Position numbers and translations under genes: made by a program
In this document: positions 33,201 to 38,843 of the stretch, piece after piece
How positions within the stretch are numbered: the first letter of the stretch is position 1
Layout of the letters: every line of letters starts with the position of its first letter
DNA from: a virus
Length of the DNA: 64,000 bases
IMG/VR virus record: IMGVR_UViG_3300042892_000474
Coordinates: 32,001 to 96,000 of that record
Strand: one strand, 5' to 3'
Notes under the pieces: generated by a model
The model's database searches: none
What the model saw: only the letters and a program-made list of their open reading frames with translations
What the model was told of the DNA's origin: nothing

Positions 33201-34686
33201 TCAGTTTAAAGGAGCAACTAGTTTTGGCGACATTGCGATTGATGGTACTGTATATTATGTTCGTGCTGTTCTTTCTTCAACTACGTTCACTATTCAAAAT
33301 GAAAGTGGAACGATAATTAACCTATCTACTGGTACTGGATTAGTAATTGCATACGTTGGAGGACAATCAGCAGTACGAGTTACAACTGGAATTGCTCACG
33401 GCTTAACGTCCGGTGATGTAGTAAGAATCGACGGTACATTAGGATCTGTTCAATTAAATAACAATACCTATTATGTACATGTTATAAATTCTACTCAAGT
33501 AGACTTATACATCGACACACCTTACAATCCAGGATTGTCTGCGATTAACAACCCTGTTACTGCTATATCATCATATGTAAGTGGTGGTTATATTTGGGAA
33601 TCAACTGCTTATATTATACAAAATCTTGAGGTCACGGATACTACTAATGACCCAGTATTGGGTAACTACTTAACCGTAGCTAGTACGGAAACGTTAATCA
33701 TTGGAACTCCTATCGTGTTCACCGGAGCTGTATTTGGAGGGGTGTCGGCAAACACTACGTATTATGTTAAATCAATAGTCAGTGTTACTGAGTTTTCTAT
33801 TACTGCGACTAGAGACGGTAGTGAAGTTATATTATCTACTGTATCCGGATCAATGTATGTAACTCAATGGGAACAAGACAATGTTGATAGATTATGGGTA
33901 ACAGTCAATGGATACCGTGTACCTTCAACAAGATTGCGTTTAAATGCAAATAATGAAGTTAGTATATTAGCATCAATTACAACTTTGGATAGCGTGACCA
34001 TTACAAGCATGATGCCAAGTGCTACTCCAAACGAAGAAGTATTCTTAATCAACGTCAATCAAATTGGAACCAATGTTGCGTATCGTGCAAACACACAGAC
34101 TAGAACTTGGTTAGTTGAACCGTTGAGCAATACCGACACAGTGATGTATGTTGATGATGTAACTAGATTAACAGATTTAGTTACTCAAAATGAGATAGTT
34201 CCTGCAGCAGTTGATGGGTATTTCTACATAGGTCTAGAAGCCGACAAGAGAATTATATCTAATGTCAGTGTTGTAAACAATACCATAGGACAAACTATCG
34301 CTAGTGAAAACTATGAAATTGTAATAGTAAACTTGTCTCCTGTATTAAAAATAGCAGCCGGCGCATATATTTCTGTTGGAAATCAGGTAACTATAACTAT
34401 CTTAGAAGGAAACTTGTTATATGTTAACGGCGAGCAAATTAAGTTTAGCTCAGTTGATTTAGCAAATAATACTATTTCTGGCCTACAACGAGGAACAAAT
34501 GGCACCGGTGCTCAGTTCTTTATACCGTTGTACTCCGAAGTTTACGGATTGTTGTCTAATAATCAAATGTCCATTCAGGATTATCAGGAAGTTTGGAACT
34601 CTAACGTGTACAATACAGTTGAGGGCGACCCGTTACAGATATCTACAACTCCATCCGCAATATTCTTACGCGGTGATATAAATTGA
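15205..34686 (+). CDS. giant (6493 aa) baseplate wedge/fibre-like structural protein in the gp7 position, multi-repeat
   Basis: Follows gp6; N-terminal LNFLPEIFQT...FL and internal EIKPYHV gp7-type motifs; about 16-18 'TYYV..I...T.F.IS' modules; FG-GAP-like (FG.S[IV]A...IG[AT]P) and BNR-like (VAVG..G.I..S.DG..W) propeller blades; a CBM5/12-like WNRTAKYTKGEIVKYKNKYW segment. Confidence 0.75.
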   Translation: MASRIRTLNFLPEIFQTTTNSQFLAATLDQIVAQPETKKIQGYIGTKFGYGINAKDYYVTEPTKTRTDYQLDPGVVFTKTNESVAKDFISYPGIIDALKLEGGITNNNDRLFNSQFYSWDSFTNLDKIINFNQYYWIPEGPERVIVSSETVFYANDYVVYDLPNGYNIVPLTSADGLGSTNPTLTLLRGGTYTFAVNQSTQFWIQGEPGVTGYSPTQPNVQTREILGVDNNGATQGLVTFTVPPNDAQDEYNFPGNNTVSLVSTLPFASINGARLSDLVNGIDGITSLDGLRVMFYNTGIPNEVGYVSNFFDYTPYDENNDLTELKTISITNTNSVTDAITCNSTANLTVGNAIIFNGNPFGGIASYSTTLPNTIYYVQSILNSTEFTISSTPAGSVLPLSTASGSMTGVINQGQYEQGYYTNVNEYFYSIQLLGDPSDPVIRLVQSSEIPVDEKITATFGTEWGTRNFYRNTSGIILLIPYISAPLDTLYYQDGTSPNKVGIIRLIESNISNTLNVEDDILGNAQFTSTNGVAFTNGLKVSFQGDVIPKSYLFGEYYVEGVGAAIELLPVENFIAPENFTASTYVAWDTLGWDTAAWEGNSYVPVTPDYITISRNSIDKNAWSRSNRWFHIDVINATATYNNNPNLVTLYATSAYKAKRPIIEFYPNIKLFNSGSEGKDPVDFIDTRTTDAFSLVAGQENYYPDVEVYTAYTGIITSTDYTPIRAFSGAADATNIITTVTGTTGFRVDDLIIFDGVTPSLGIVNGSTYFVAEIVSGTEFKISSIKGGDVVDFSNISSGGTFAWTPQSTTLTIDADDVTGTMTVGQYITDSTNQLPRNTQILSITGSTTLTIEVGWDEGSSGYIPTTTESSFVSTDTTNDNYSLFEGARVIFTQDTDTSVKNKIYVARFSIIAESSIPVITLTEVDNGNVHPDQQTVALRGYFNQGKEFWYDGLEWIDGQQKTTLNQPPLFDIYDSNGISFGDPTIYLGTSFIGCKLFAYGIGAGIDDTVLGFPIKYSAIDNVGDISFDVSLNADTFDYVSGTNPITQKINTGYVYQYNNRIEYERQLGWQTAVSPSVQYQIFEFNYDPLNPTTSYVCDIAKSSADSTNWPTIEVYINNTIVSHGEYTVTVGPDTTTVVLNENPILETVIQILLLSDQVSNTAYYSIPNNLNNNPLNADIVVANIGDIRGQYQSSFYNNPNSTGKVFGPNNYRDLGNMVPWGDKIIQNSASLVLPGAFLRKQEHNLFNALMFNSKEYVKFKNLLAYTVNNSDYVQRYDPATMLDDALDQITSSKTDNQSFFWSDMLPSKAAYVSNTYSFANSLDVSIYPLSRVYDYTTANYYGVLVYLIRTQSGITTTQQLIKGQDYTISATAPSLTVSLDLQPGDVITIKEYNQTYGSYVPNTPTKLGLYPAYLPEVILDSNYTNPTYFIRGHDGSYTKLYGEYDTTTELLSDFRDQVSLEFELRVYNNLKISSVIPIKEYEILPGFFRDIDYSYPEWLEIYSNGFLNWVGQNRLNYKTQFYNAGNNYTYNYFQSGNAINKAVITQGYWRGIYQYFYDTTTPNTTPWEMLGFTEMPTWWTNRYGPAPYTSDNLVLWSDLAEGIDWNNGNPVVIPEAVRDGLLEIIPVDSAGNLLPPIDTVVGSYNQKLFQRDWKVGDGAPVEFSYRRSSTYPFDLMRTLALTKPAEFFNLGVDIDHYKYNAEFNQYLVNNRSHLRMSDIDVYGTGTPVTSYVNWVVDYEKQIGIDATTNITEMLNNMDVRLVYRLAGFSDKTLLKFFVEKSTPNSANASLLIPDESYSVLLYDNQPFNRIIYSGVIIQTASSGGFTVYGNSQTYAYFKTLKPKFGGKYETIDVEDLSIRVTPDHFDKEQIVPYNTAFYTAQEVAQFLADYGAYLTSLGMKFDDMENEIEINWAQMIAEFLYWAQTGWSAGSIVTLNPSAKKLMIDKDSNIVQPLTLQQSNFILNQNLYPIQLNDMSVVRQGTAFSVAALNAGDVLSYGQFNLSNFEHGIVFDNVTLFGDIIYNLTTGLRQNRIALRGTKSADWNGTVNASGFIYNQDNIKEWNRTAKYTKGEIVKYKNKYWVATKVIQASELFKEADWKRTDYDEVQKGLLPNSSTRSYESSLYYDIDQANLEKDADLLSFSLIGYRPRDYMALADLTDITQVNVYKNMIKNKGTLNAASAFKGATLPQGGIDYEIFENWAIKAGEFGGVLNNNFVEFRVNEKSMTGNPAIVGLTQGIYNQGVQQEVPLYSLFNYGRTITNVNVLPTTTETISTLYPDAGYVNYNDIKMSAFFYSQLGVAVDKNGSIVPIQDFFVRDYVWLANYLEQWQVYTPVSMGQVTTVKNNLNETITVTFNKPHNLTQYQPFAIVNFDPAIDGYYLATIVIDQNRVLVNKVLDTSIKTINGQGVAMKFTSQRVATPAEIANLPLTEAEFRKNTVWVDTDASGSWGVYRKNINYTLENQVTKASSQSLGSAVAISSQLGYVISDADLGQVYRYTFNDLNNAYELVQTLVGNPTFGSTISYAGDLYAIAETTGAASSVKLYQLQSTTTSDDLVLVQTIPYAAALDDLWGTAISISKNQNWIYISDIDNNTVHVYQRSNIVTTAGNFESTETYIINSIGTTDFTSIGATSNDVGTVFIATGVGTGTGVATKITFNAVTTIDGDALGLTNSGDKFGYSIATEYDSNKIIIGTPYKDEGSVDKWGRTYVFQRLSQNLEIQYNTVSPNTQTLQLAWTPSSTEFTVTDTNATTDRITLSTLPNPATDVDKPIMFIGSGFTGTEITTSKVYYIATVSGYDITIKESRESATVVPLATVAGMTNAKAYLQDDTLFVSNNGTLIQDSNYAVISDTLVYTASLNAGDIIDVNGHEITLLQNIAPAEAPQTGAQFGTSVTTNNTASEILIGAPFQLSTQTSEGVVYRYTDPGAAYGMYVGTTDCNVTTTRKILLNGFLTYIPVGNATVVANAINSSNITNVAATAINGKLVILLVDNSLAPINEKLCLSITDTTTLSELGITVFDMTQEIVCPHNIGPTQFGTVVKFNEYGSFVASAPVGTRYSATTFDFVDDENQDNDTLFDNNTTSWIDESPNFGAVYMFDYISQYNESLLNLGKFVYAQSVNSPNLAYTPFNTYDQATDVTTSNQPLYGTALDFNNYGVIVGTPGDVGSTTGSEYAGSATVYNNSTGVKDWALYRYSAPIVDINKIFNIQLFSAESNETLINMDYIDPLQGKILGAARENIDIISNVDPANYNNGDTVTGGLVWGADHVGKVWLNTKNLRFVNYHQNNDVSYNSQYWGTLFPGSDVSVCSWVASNVLPGEYRGPGIPVDVTSFSIQYVIDAAGALAPVYYFWARNTNTIFSNNGKTLADSIIASYIENPKASGISYFSPILPSVYGLYNSGDYINANDSVLHIGFATGNNDDVSHEQFNLIRSGFPSDFLPGVPNTTNEIPDSLYDRLLDSLCGVDETGAIVPNPYLPKAVQTGILARPRQSFFLDRFTALKNYLQYANSILTQFPITEIRQSSFLTSSGEFYDTRDYWEFINWWATGYDDNIKSALQVPIYADLSTLSVIPGTIVTVSTNMSGKAETYIFELTGNWRRIGLENGTIRFKSSLWDYESVRLGYGDNFFDTDTYDVYPSEETRKIVRALNEQIYTDDLLVYRNRSLILLFEYIQSETTESQNYLPWLNKTSFIDVAHTIRELRPIEVFQTDNQDFLSGYMNEIKPYHVVIKEFLFKYTGSEVYSGNITDFDLPAKYDKSQAQFITPQLVYNSGNGVNQFTPDNPIWEEQEYSQWFENHGLSITGELDAHITTLASYISLNTKSFAVDNAQGLPINGILKMGTEQIGYSSVDRALNVLAGLTRGVNGTPITEHIPGENIFMDLPAVLLLDGGRGYIEPPKVTAYIDPVLYPAPTKPAVLNAVMNLDSVLRVDVVDPGQGYTVLPKIIIDSSIVVPFSSTDVNTFSSTIQIYAPLLQTGDLIQYKVGTNSTPIGGLENDQWYYINVLETVPSVVLGFYDNYADCINDHDRLPLFSTGTGANHTVNLGAKASAISSSLPIRQNDIVLRFDRTAYTSKVIEWVTGRYYGAFFAGTYSNSESIASSSITLQSTQPPIADILASAQGVAFEITDLRNERTVTYSSFIRNVHSTYASNDVVRLTLQDDGSGNPNASGGTNGFYIGMPVTFIGDIGSSGIVNEQVYYVNSIVNQTDFTLSINSTGSPLLPLTNWTVGPAGLECFVGEVTDIAVITVNYPGILDVTSTLAVTNNITVPLNVTGTGGTAGFYIDLPIFFTGTDPTKIQNGVFGGIIENEVYYVTTVVDNQTFTMSETQNPQTFNVTATVASNDTVLIDGDTNKLIVNEPIIFNTMILAGVESATFGGLVSGTTYYVSSIVSPSAFQISATVNGAVLPLSDVSPASNTSALVTSQKNTVTLTTATGNSMVVNVSLPVSPGQVNGQLFTLYETSGQYPGLDGTNGNLITRGVAALIGERTSGIDGLPVDVNSIVMTNYNAGDTVARGLTNIYVNMPIEISEDLFFTNVLVPGTTYYVVDKGTIEIEVTNTSSSTNELTCDTTEMLFADMPITFSGSGIGGAEIDVEYWIKEIVSDTRFTITNTPGGLELTLSTASGLMTGTGLPYIKVAGNLGDPAEYPGDSQQSASITAANPAVITVANAPENGTTVIFRNGTVPSGMSLGTRYYVRNANSTTFNVSLTASGALINTSSGSLSTSTMVITTETTVDQTPLTVAEFDVSYILGGYRVLISNLGTGYAVDNTIVIPGNEIGGTSPLNDLTVTVNSIGTNGEITSVICNGTVAGDSNQYYLKVISSTEFELYQNQLMTVPVSGLSLPYVGITEATVTAVSSANDRLTIGDTSVFDVNDAVVFTGSVQTNITNITEGETYYIYDIPSSTQFRISTVPGDVTTIVNIVTTIGVNFTMAKSGSFALLPEPFIFNQSIVKYNNRVYVCVISNNDTEFVFGKWELLTSGDRRLNAMDRVFGYYQPTDNMPGKDLSQLFEGVIYPNSTYLGNAFAPDDQYPIDTILQDQAFYPADVDIHAVVWDGVRYLAAADMTDYSSVISSLTGDEWSIQKLANSPINTTDMIYAGGYYIMTTNNPATPVFRSIDGITWTTNGYYTPYGSVPYDTTTYDFTALSISSLNLNSVGYRDNLWVAVGEGIVSSDDTYIWRQRFTFSNPTLTNILYGVNGVSVPNYIGFIAVGKGQQLDYSTGVGITIDVNIVLTSTDGINWNQIPALSSKGFYGVTHNSSKIVAVGEDGVIYISDNGANWLGVNEVTVISANDSSNELNVTSTAGFIVGDQVKFSESFNVFVAGTTYYVVNIISLTQLQVSATPGGLPVTLNVFDPSETTYMFAPRTTSLVDVYYANNRYVAVGDAGLIKVSIDGYSWAQHSSGTSENLNGITYNSTSGEWIAVGDNNTILISSDNGVTWTSSSVFAIQPTIYDVQGAEFTYGYGPEELVPGVVTDNITMTVATRPGTNWDETIYAHVGYNVVSIEYTPTSGTQTLYSFDIGNLYNVQTPAQIAVYIIDGTTGLSTAIYETLNYTINWIDYTITLNTPLTFSPVANNLRVDVYEVGNGNQLVKSSTKSDPIRINSSTGWNEIYVNCNYSGQIYDGSGIIRPDTQPVDVIATMTDSTNNSILCASVEDFVLNSPITFQGSVFGGIAEDTTYYVKTISYVTNRITISTTINVSTGTAGSTLALTDGTGSMNVVIRVGYGAVWTSPIIYHNGSKLLIGTTSTITRTKASNNAITTNTTSGMVIGERIVFSDTMFGGVLLPQTTYYIKSIVDPNEFTVSATLGGPVIALTNATGGAEFISNDYAFGIADNGISASIIFSTGDYDDNVDYISYTLFGETTPTQYGYTIPEVQVISATGATGPFSLDNFVGDNNPDNAIVEVNGLRLLNTTAYTIDSNNNEITFVSAPTLGSTIAVTTFNNTDRQYLNTQYNITGVTVANIVDVNNTITPVAAITNCTASNGTTEVITCVSTTGFVPGQTIQFKGATSFGDIAIDGTVYYVRAVLSSTTFTIQNESGTIINLSTGTGLVIAYVGGQSAVRVTTGIAHGLTSGDVVRIDGTLGSVQLNNNTYYVHVINSTQVDLYIDTPYNPGLSAINNPVTAISSYVSGGYIWESTAYIIQNLEVTDTTNDPVLGNYLTVASTETLIIGTPIVFTGAVFGGVSANTTYYVKSIVSVTEFSITATRDGSEVILSTVSGSMYVTQWEQDNVDRLWVTVNGYRVPSTRLRLNANNEVSILASITTLDSVTITSMMPSATPNEEVFLINVNQIGTNVAYRANTQTRTWLVEPLSNTDTVMYVDDVTRLTDLVTQNEIVPAAVDGYFYIGLEADKRIISNVSVVNNTIGQTIASENYEIVIVNLSPVLKIAAGAYISVGNQVTITILEGNLLYVNGEQIKFSSVDLANNTISGLQRGTNGTGAQFFIPLYSEVYGLLSNNQMSIQDYQEVWNSNVYNTVEGDPLQISTTPSAIFLRGDIN

Positions 34687-34688
34687 AA

Positions 34689-34696
34689 GATAAATA
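34689..34696 (+). promoter_or_regulatory. late-promoter motif GATAAATA
   Basis: 4 nt before ATG 34701. Confidence 0.65.
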
Positions 34697-34700
34697 AATC

Positions 34701-34853
34701 ATGAACGAAAAACATTTACAGAGCCAGGAATCTACTCAAAAAAAGCCTGAAACTAAGCCTAATGAGCATGGGGGCTTTTACTTTTCCTCGCATTTAAAGA
34801 TTTTCGATCCAAACACAAAACAAGTTTTAGTACAAAAAAGAGGCGATAACTGA
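34701..34853 (+). CDS. 50-aa small protein missing from the ORF track
   Basis: MNEKHLQSQESTQKKPETKPNEHGGFYFSSHLKIFDPNTKQVLVQKRGDN*; fills the gap, has a late motif upstream and a TGATG overlap with the next gene. Confidence 0.75.
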   Translation: MNEKHLQSQESTQKKPETKPNEHGGFYFSSHLKIFDPNTKQVLVQKRGDN

Positions 34854-35473
34854 TGTCAGTAATTACTTTATCATATAAAATTGAAGGTTTTCTAAAGGTC
34901 TACGACCCCAATAACGGGGAAGTTTTTGTGGACAAGAAGAATGCCATCAACTACGAAAATATGTCGGAAGCAATTGCTGACACATTAAGCAGCCGCGGGT
35001 ACGGAGAAATCTACGAAATGGCTTTTGGTAACGGTGGGGCAAGCGTTGATGAAACCGGAGTTATCACCTATTTACCTCCTAATACTACTGGTCAAAATGC
35101 AGCATTATATAACCAAACTTATACTAAAATTGTTGACGACACTAGTGTGTTTAACTTGGATCCTACACGTAATAAAATGACAGTATCACATACTACTGGT
35201 AAGGTGTATACTGATATTTTGGTTCAGTGTTTGCTAGATTATGGTGAACCTGCAGGACAAAACGCATTTGACAATAGTACTCAAACTGACGGGGAGTACG
35301 TTTTTGATGAACTTGGCTTATTGGCCAATTATGGCACAGATAACGACGGGAATGTTATAACTAGACTTTTAACTCATGTTATTTTTCACCCCGTACAAAA
35401 GTCTTTGAATAGACAAATTCAGATAGATTATACGGTTAGAATTCAAGCACTAACTAACTTGGTAACTATTTAA
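34853..35473 (+). CDS. putative baseplate/fibre-attachment structural protein
   Basis: Lies between the giant wedge and the fibres; MAFGNGG...FDELGL...LLTHVIFHPVQKSLNRQIQIDYTVRI pattern. Confidence 0.55.
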   Translation: MSVITLSYKIEGFLKVYDPNNGEVFVDKKNAINYENMSEAIADTLSSRGYGEIYEMAFGNGGASVDETGVITYLPPNTTGQNAALYNQTYTKIVDDTSVFNLDPTRNKMTVSHTTGKVYTDILVQCLLDYGEPAGQNAFDNSTQTDGEYVFDELGLLANYGTDNDGNVITRLLTHVIFHPVQKSLNRQIQIDYTVRIQALTNLVTI

Positions 35474-35481
35474 GATAAATA
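35474..35481 (+). promoter_or_regulatory. late-promoter motif GATAAATA
   Basis: Intergenic, followed by GGAG and ATG 35506. Confidence 0.65.
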
Positions 35482-35505
35482 AGAAGAATATCGGAGTGAT
35501 TTGAA

Positions 35506-36723
35506 ATGGCATATACAATTGTTAAAAGTGATGGGACAGTTTTAACGACAGTACCGGATGGTACGATTAATACTACTAGTACATCTATCGGGCTTCCCGG
35601 CAGAAACTACGCCGGCTACGGCCAAACATTAGATACCAACTTTGTCCATCAACTAGAAAATTTTGCCGACACTACCCCTCCGGCAAATCCTATACGTGGT
35701 CAGTTATGGTACAATACAAATAATAGCACACTATATGTTTGTCCCACAGACGGTGAAGCAAACGCATTAGCTTGGCTAGCATTGACTTCAACCAGTTCAG
35801 GTGGTACTACAACATTTGGTGCAGTTACAGTAACTGGAAACGTTCAGGCTAATAATTTGGCTGCAACTAATAACGTTACCGGTAATGCTGGGTCATTTAA
35901 CTATCTTACAGTATCAGCAAATGCTAATATTGCAGACGCAAACATCACTACTGCTAACATAGGAACGTTTAGAACTACTGTTATTACAACAGGTTCAAAC
36001 ATAACTGCAGGTTCTATTACTGGTACATGGACTTCAAACGGTGGATTATCTGGTAACTCTATCATTATAACTAATGGTAACTTGTTTATAGGTAATAGTG
36101 CAGGCGCAAACTTATATGGTGTTAGAACAGACAAGTATATGTATTCTAACGGTGATCCTATCAGTTTTGCAGGTACATATAGTAACAGTAATGTAGCAAG
36201 TTATTTACCAGTATACAACGGTGCCATTCTTTCTACAACAACTCAAGCAACTACATTAACAACCGGTGCAAATACGACTGCAGGTACTATTACTGGTAAC
36301 TGGACGTTAAGTGCAGGATCAAGATTCAATGCAACATATGCTGACTTGGCTGAACGTTTTGCGGCTGATGCCGTGTATGATGCAGGTACTGTTGTTGAGT
36401 TAGGCGGCGAAGAAGAAATTACTGCTGTTCAGTACGAACTAAGTGAAGATGTATTTGGTGTTATTTCAGACACTGCGGCTTATTTGATGAATTCAGGTGC
36501 CGGCACTGATAAAACGCACCCACCGGTCGCAATGAGCGGCCGAGTTAAAGTAAAAGTTACTGGTATAGTTAAAAAGCATCAACGATTAGTAAGTGCAGGA
36601 AAAGGTATTGCAAGAGCTGCCGAAGAAGGTGAAGCAAACGCATTCAATACGATTGGAAGATCGTTAGAAAATAAGACTACATCTGGCGTTGGTACAGTTG
36701 AAGCTATTGTAATTATAAAATAA
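35506..36723 (+). CDS. tail fibre-like protein with C-terminal intramolecular chaperone (peptidase G2/S74-type)
   Basis: N-terminal GRNYAGYG...NFVHQLENFA...P.NPIRGQLWY anchor; Thr/Asn/Gly-rich shaft with duplicated TTG.N.TAG.ITG.WT; YADLAERF...GVIS...G.V.VKV.G chaperone domain. Confidence 0.75.
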   Translation: MAYTIVKSDGTVLTTVPDGTINTTSTSIGLPGRNYAGYGQTLDTNFVHQLENFADTTPPANPIRGQLWYNTNNSTLYVCPTDGEANALAWLALTSTSSGGTTTFGAVTVTGNVQANNLAATNNVTGNAGSFNYLTVSANANIADANITTANIGTFRTTVITTGSNITAGSITGTWTSNGGLSGNSIIITNGNLFIGNSAGANLYGVRTDKYMYSNGDPISFAGTYSNSNVASYLPVYNGAILSTTTQATTLTTGANTTAGTITGNWTLSAGSRFNATYADLAERFAADAVYDAGTVVELGGEEEITAVQYELSEDVFGVISDTAAYLMNSGAGTDKTHPPVAMSGRVKVKVTGIVKKHQRLVSAGKGIARAAEEGEANAFNTIGRSLENKTTSGVGTVEAIVIIK

Positions 36724-36732
36724 GGATAAAAG

Positions 36733-37683
36733 ATGAGTTACGCACAATTTGGTTTAATTGAAGCCACAGACTTCAACAATCTTGTTGGTGGTAACCCTGT
36801 AACCTCAAGCGGTAAATTGAATACTGTTTGGGCAACCGGTGGCACAAACGCAGGATATGGACAGACTGCTGTTGCTAACGTTGCAGTAGGTACAGCGGTT
36901 GCGGCATCGAACTGGGCCTCTCTAGTAAACAGTACAGCAAACTCTGCGTCACATCAGGGGACAAGCATTACCAGCGTTACTGCACCTTCAGCAGGTGGAA
37001 CAGTAACATATTTGTCTGCAATACCAACTAACCTAACTACAATTTATAACAGTCGCTTAAATGCCGCAGCCCAAGGAAGTACTACTTCAAACACTGCAAC
37101 TAGAGCGACCACATGGAGTTCAGCAATTACATTCACCCATACTGCTACATTTGCTAACGGCGATGCGGCTAGATACTTTTTTAATGCAGGTGGACAATTA
37201 GCAATTACGTGTGCGCATCCTAGTGGAACAGGTATCAATTTGTTATTAAATAACTTAGCCAGTAACGTAGGGACCGTAGTATTAAGCAGTCCAACGTCAG
37301 GTGCTATCACAGTTGCCGGCACATCATATAATGGTATAACTAAAGTTGGTGGTGGTGGAAATGCCCCTACAATTAGTACCAACACTGGATATTATGCACT
37401 GACAGCATCAAACGTTACTGCTTTCACACAAACTGCATCAACCGGACCTAGTGGTTACCTAAGTACATTTATCCGTGTAATCGTTCAAAGTAACGGCACA
37501 CAAGGTGCTAATGGTGATGCAGGATCCATAATTACAATTTATACTGTCTGGGATGAAGTTCCGGACGGCTTAACAGCGGCTGCTAACTCGGCTACTACGT
37601 TGACAGTTCGACCCCCTGCGATTACTAACATATCAAATACTTGGGGTGCAGTCACCCTTTCTGGTACAGTCTCTGGTACATAA
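36733..37683 (+). CDS. Ser/Thr/Gly/Ala-rich virion (fibre-associated) protein
   Basis: About 28% Ser+Thr by hand count, few charged residues, ARYFFNAGG motif; follows the fibre gene with a TAAGGA RBS. Confidence 0.6.
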   Translation: MSYAQFGLIEATDFNNLVGGNPVTSSGKLNTVWATGGTNAGYGQTAVANVAVGTAVAASNWASLVNSTANSASHQGTSITSVTAPSAGGTVTYLSAIPTNLTTIYNSRLNAAAQGSTTSNTATRATTWSSAITFTHTATFANGDAARYFFNAGGQLAITCAHPSGTGINLLLNNLASNVGTVVLSSPTSGAITVAGTSYNGITKVGGGGNAPTISTNTGYYALTASNVTAFTQTASTGPSGYLSTFIRVIVQSNGTQGANGDAGSIITIYTVWDEVPDGLTAAANSATTLTVRPPAITNISNTWGAVTLSGTVSGT

Positions 37684-37708
37684 TTTTTAAGCAGGTGCTT
37701 GTGTCTAT

Positions 37709-37715
37709 CTAAATA
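37709..37715 (+). promoter_or_regulatory. possible late-promoter variant CTAAATA heading the glyco-enzyme operon
   Basis: Intergenic, followed by AGGAG and ATG 37732. Confidence 0.4.
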
Positions 37716-37731
37716 CTCTTAGGAGTGATCT

Positions 37732-38037
37732 ATGGACACAAAAACTTTAATTAGCGAAGCTAAAGCCCGATTTAGCCACAACGCTGCCAAATCATATCTA
37801 AAAGAAAAGTACGAAACACGATTAATCGTTGCAGAGCAAGGCGGCCTTTGGAGAGCAAACCTTCAAACAATCAATTTTTTAAATAATTCTCAATCTAATA
37901 CGGTCATCTTAGTTGACAGTTTTGAAAATCCGGTTGAGGTAAATCGTACAGAACTTTTAGCTAAACTTAATGAAACTTACGAATCTATAATGCGTGAGTG
38001 GCTAAATGAATGGGCAGAGCTAGAGAAAAAACGATGA
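37732..38037 (+). CDS. hypothetical protein (101 aa, helical)
   Basis: AGGAG RBS; ATGA overlap with the next gene. Confidence 0.7.
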   Translation: MDTKTLISEAKARFSHNAAKSYLKEKYETRLIVAEQGGLWRANLQTINFLNNSQSNTVILVDSFENPVEVNRTELLAKLNETYESIMREWLNEWAELEKKR

Positions 38038-38843
38038 GTAGAGGCGCACTACTCTTTGCGTTTAACTCTCCCAAATACGATTACTACGCTATGGCGGAGT
38101 ACACTGCAAAGAGAATCAATCATTTTTTAGGACTTCCGGTAACAATTGTTACTGATGAATCCAGCATACCAAATAATTCCAAATACAAGTTTGACAACAC
38201 TATTGTTGTAGAACCGGACAAGAACAACATCCGAGACTATGTAGTTTGGATTAACAAAGGTCGATATCAAGCATATGACCTAAGTCCATATGATGAAACA
38301 CTATTATTGGACACCGACTACGTAGTAAATAGTGACCGCTTACTAAGCACATTTGACATTTGTGATGATTTTTGTTGTCATGATACTACTTCATTTCTAA
38401 TGCACCCAAAAGCACCTCAAGAAATATTAAGTGCGTATAGCTTTAAAACACTGTGGGCTACAGTCATAACATTTAAAAAAACTCAAAGAGCAAAACAAAT
38501 CTTTGAATGCTTAGAAATGGTTCAAAAAAATTACGAGCATTACGCAAACATTCATAGTTTCATTGCCGGAGTATACCGCAATGATTACGCATTGACATTG
38601 GCCTTGCGTATTGCTAATGGGCATCTAAACATTAATTCAGACATTATTCCCTGGAATCTATTACACGTTGGTAAAAATACTTCAGTATACGCAGAAAGCA
38701 CAGATGAATTCAATACAGAGTATACCGTAATGTTTGACAATTGGCAACGAGGTAAAATTCGTAAAGAATATATCAATATCAAAGATACAGACTTTCACGT
38801 AATGAATAAAGAAAACTTTTTGGAGTTAATTAAAAATGGATAA
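38034..38843 (+). CDS. GT-A-fold glycosyltransferase-like protein
   Basis: YDLSPYDETLLLDTD (DxD), RNDYA, late HVMNK; start at the ATGA overlap 38034. Confidence 0.65.
   Translation: MSRGALLFAFNSPKYDYYAMAEYTAKRINHFLGLPVTIVTDESSIPNNSKYKFDNTIVVEPDKNNIRDYVVWINKGRYQAYDLSPYDETLLLDTDYVVNSDRLLSTFDICDDFCCHDTTSFLMHPKAPQEILSAYSFKTLWATVITFKKTQRAKQIFECLEMVQKNYEHYANIHSFIAGVYRNDYALTLALRIANGHLNINSDIIPWNLLHVGKNTSVYAESTDEFNTEYTVMFDNWQRGKIRKEYINIKDTDFHVMNKENFLELIKNG

Noticed and set aside
4225-37683. Bacterial T6SS, eCIS or tailocin locus
   Set aside because: Adjacent gp55/gp47/gp46, T4-like late promoter motifs and the absence of membrane-complex or ClpV genes indicate a phage.
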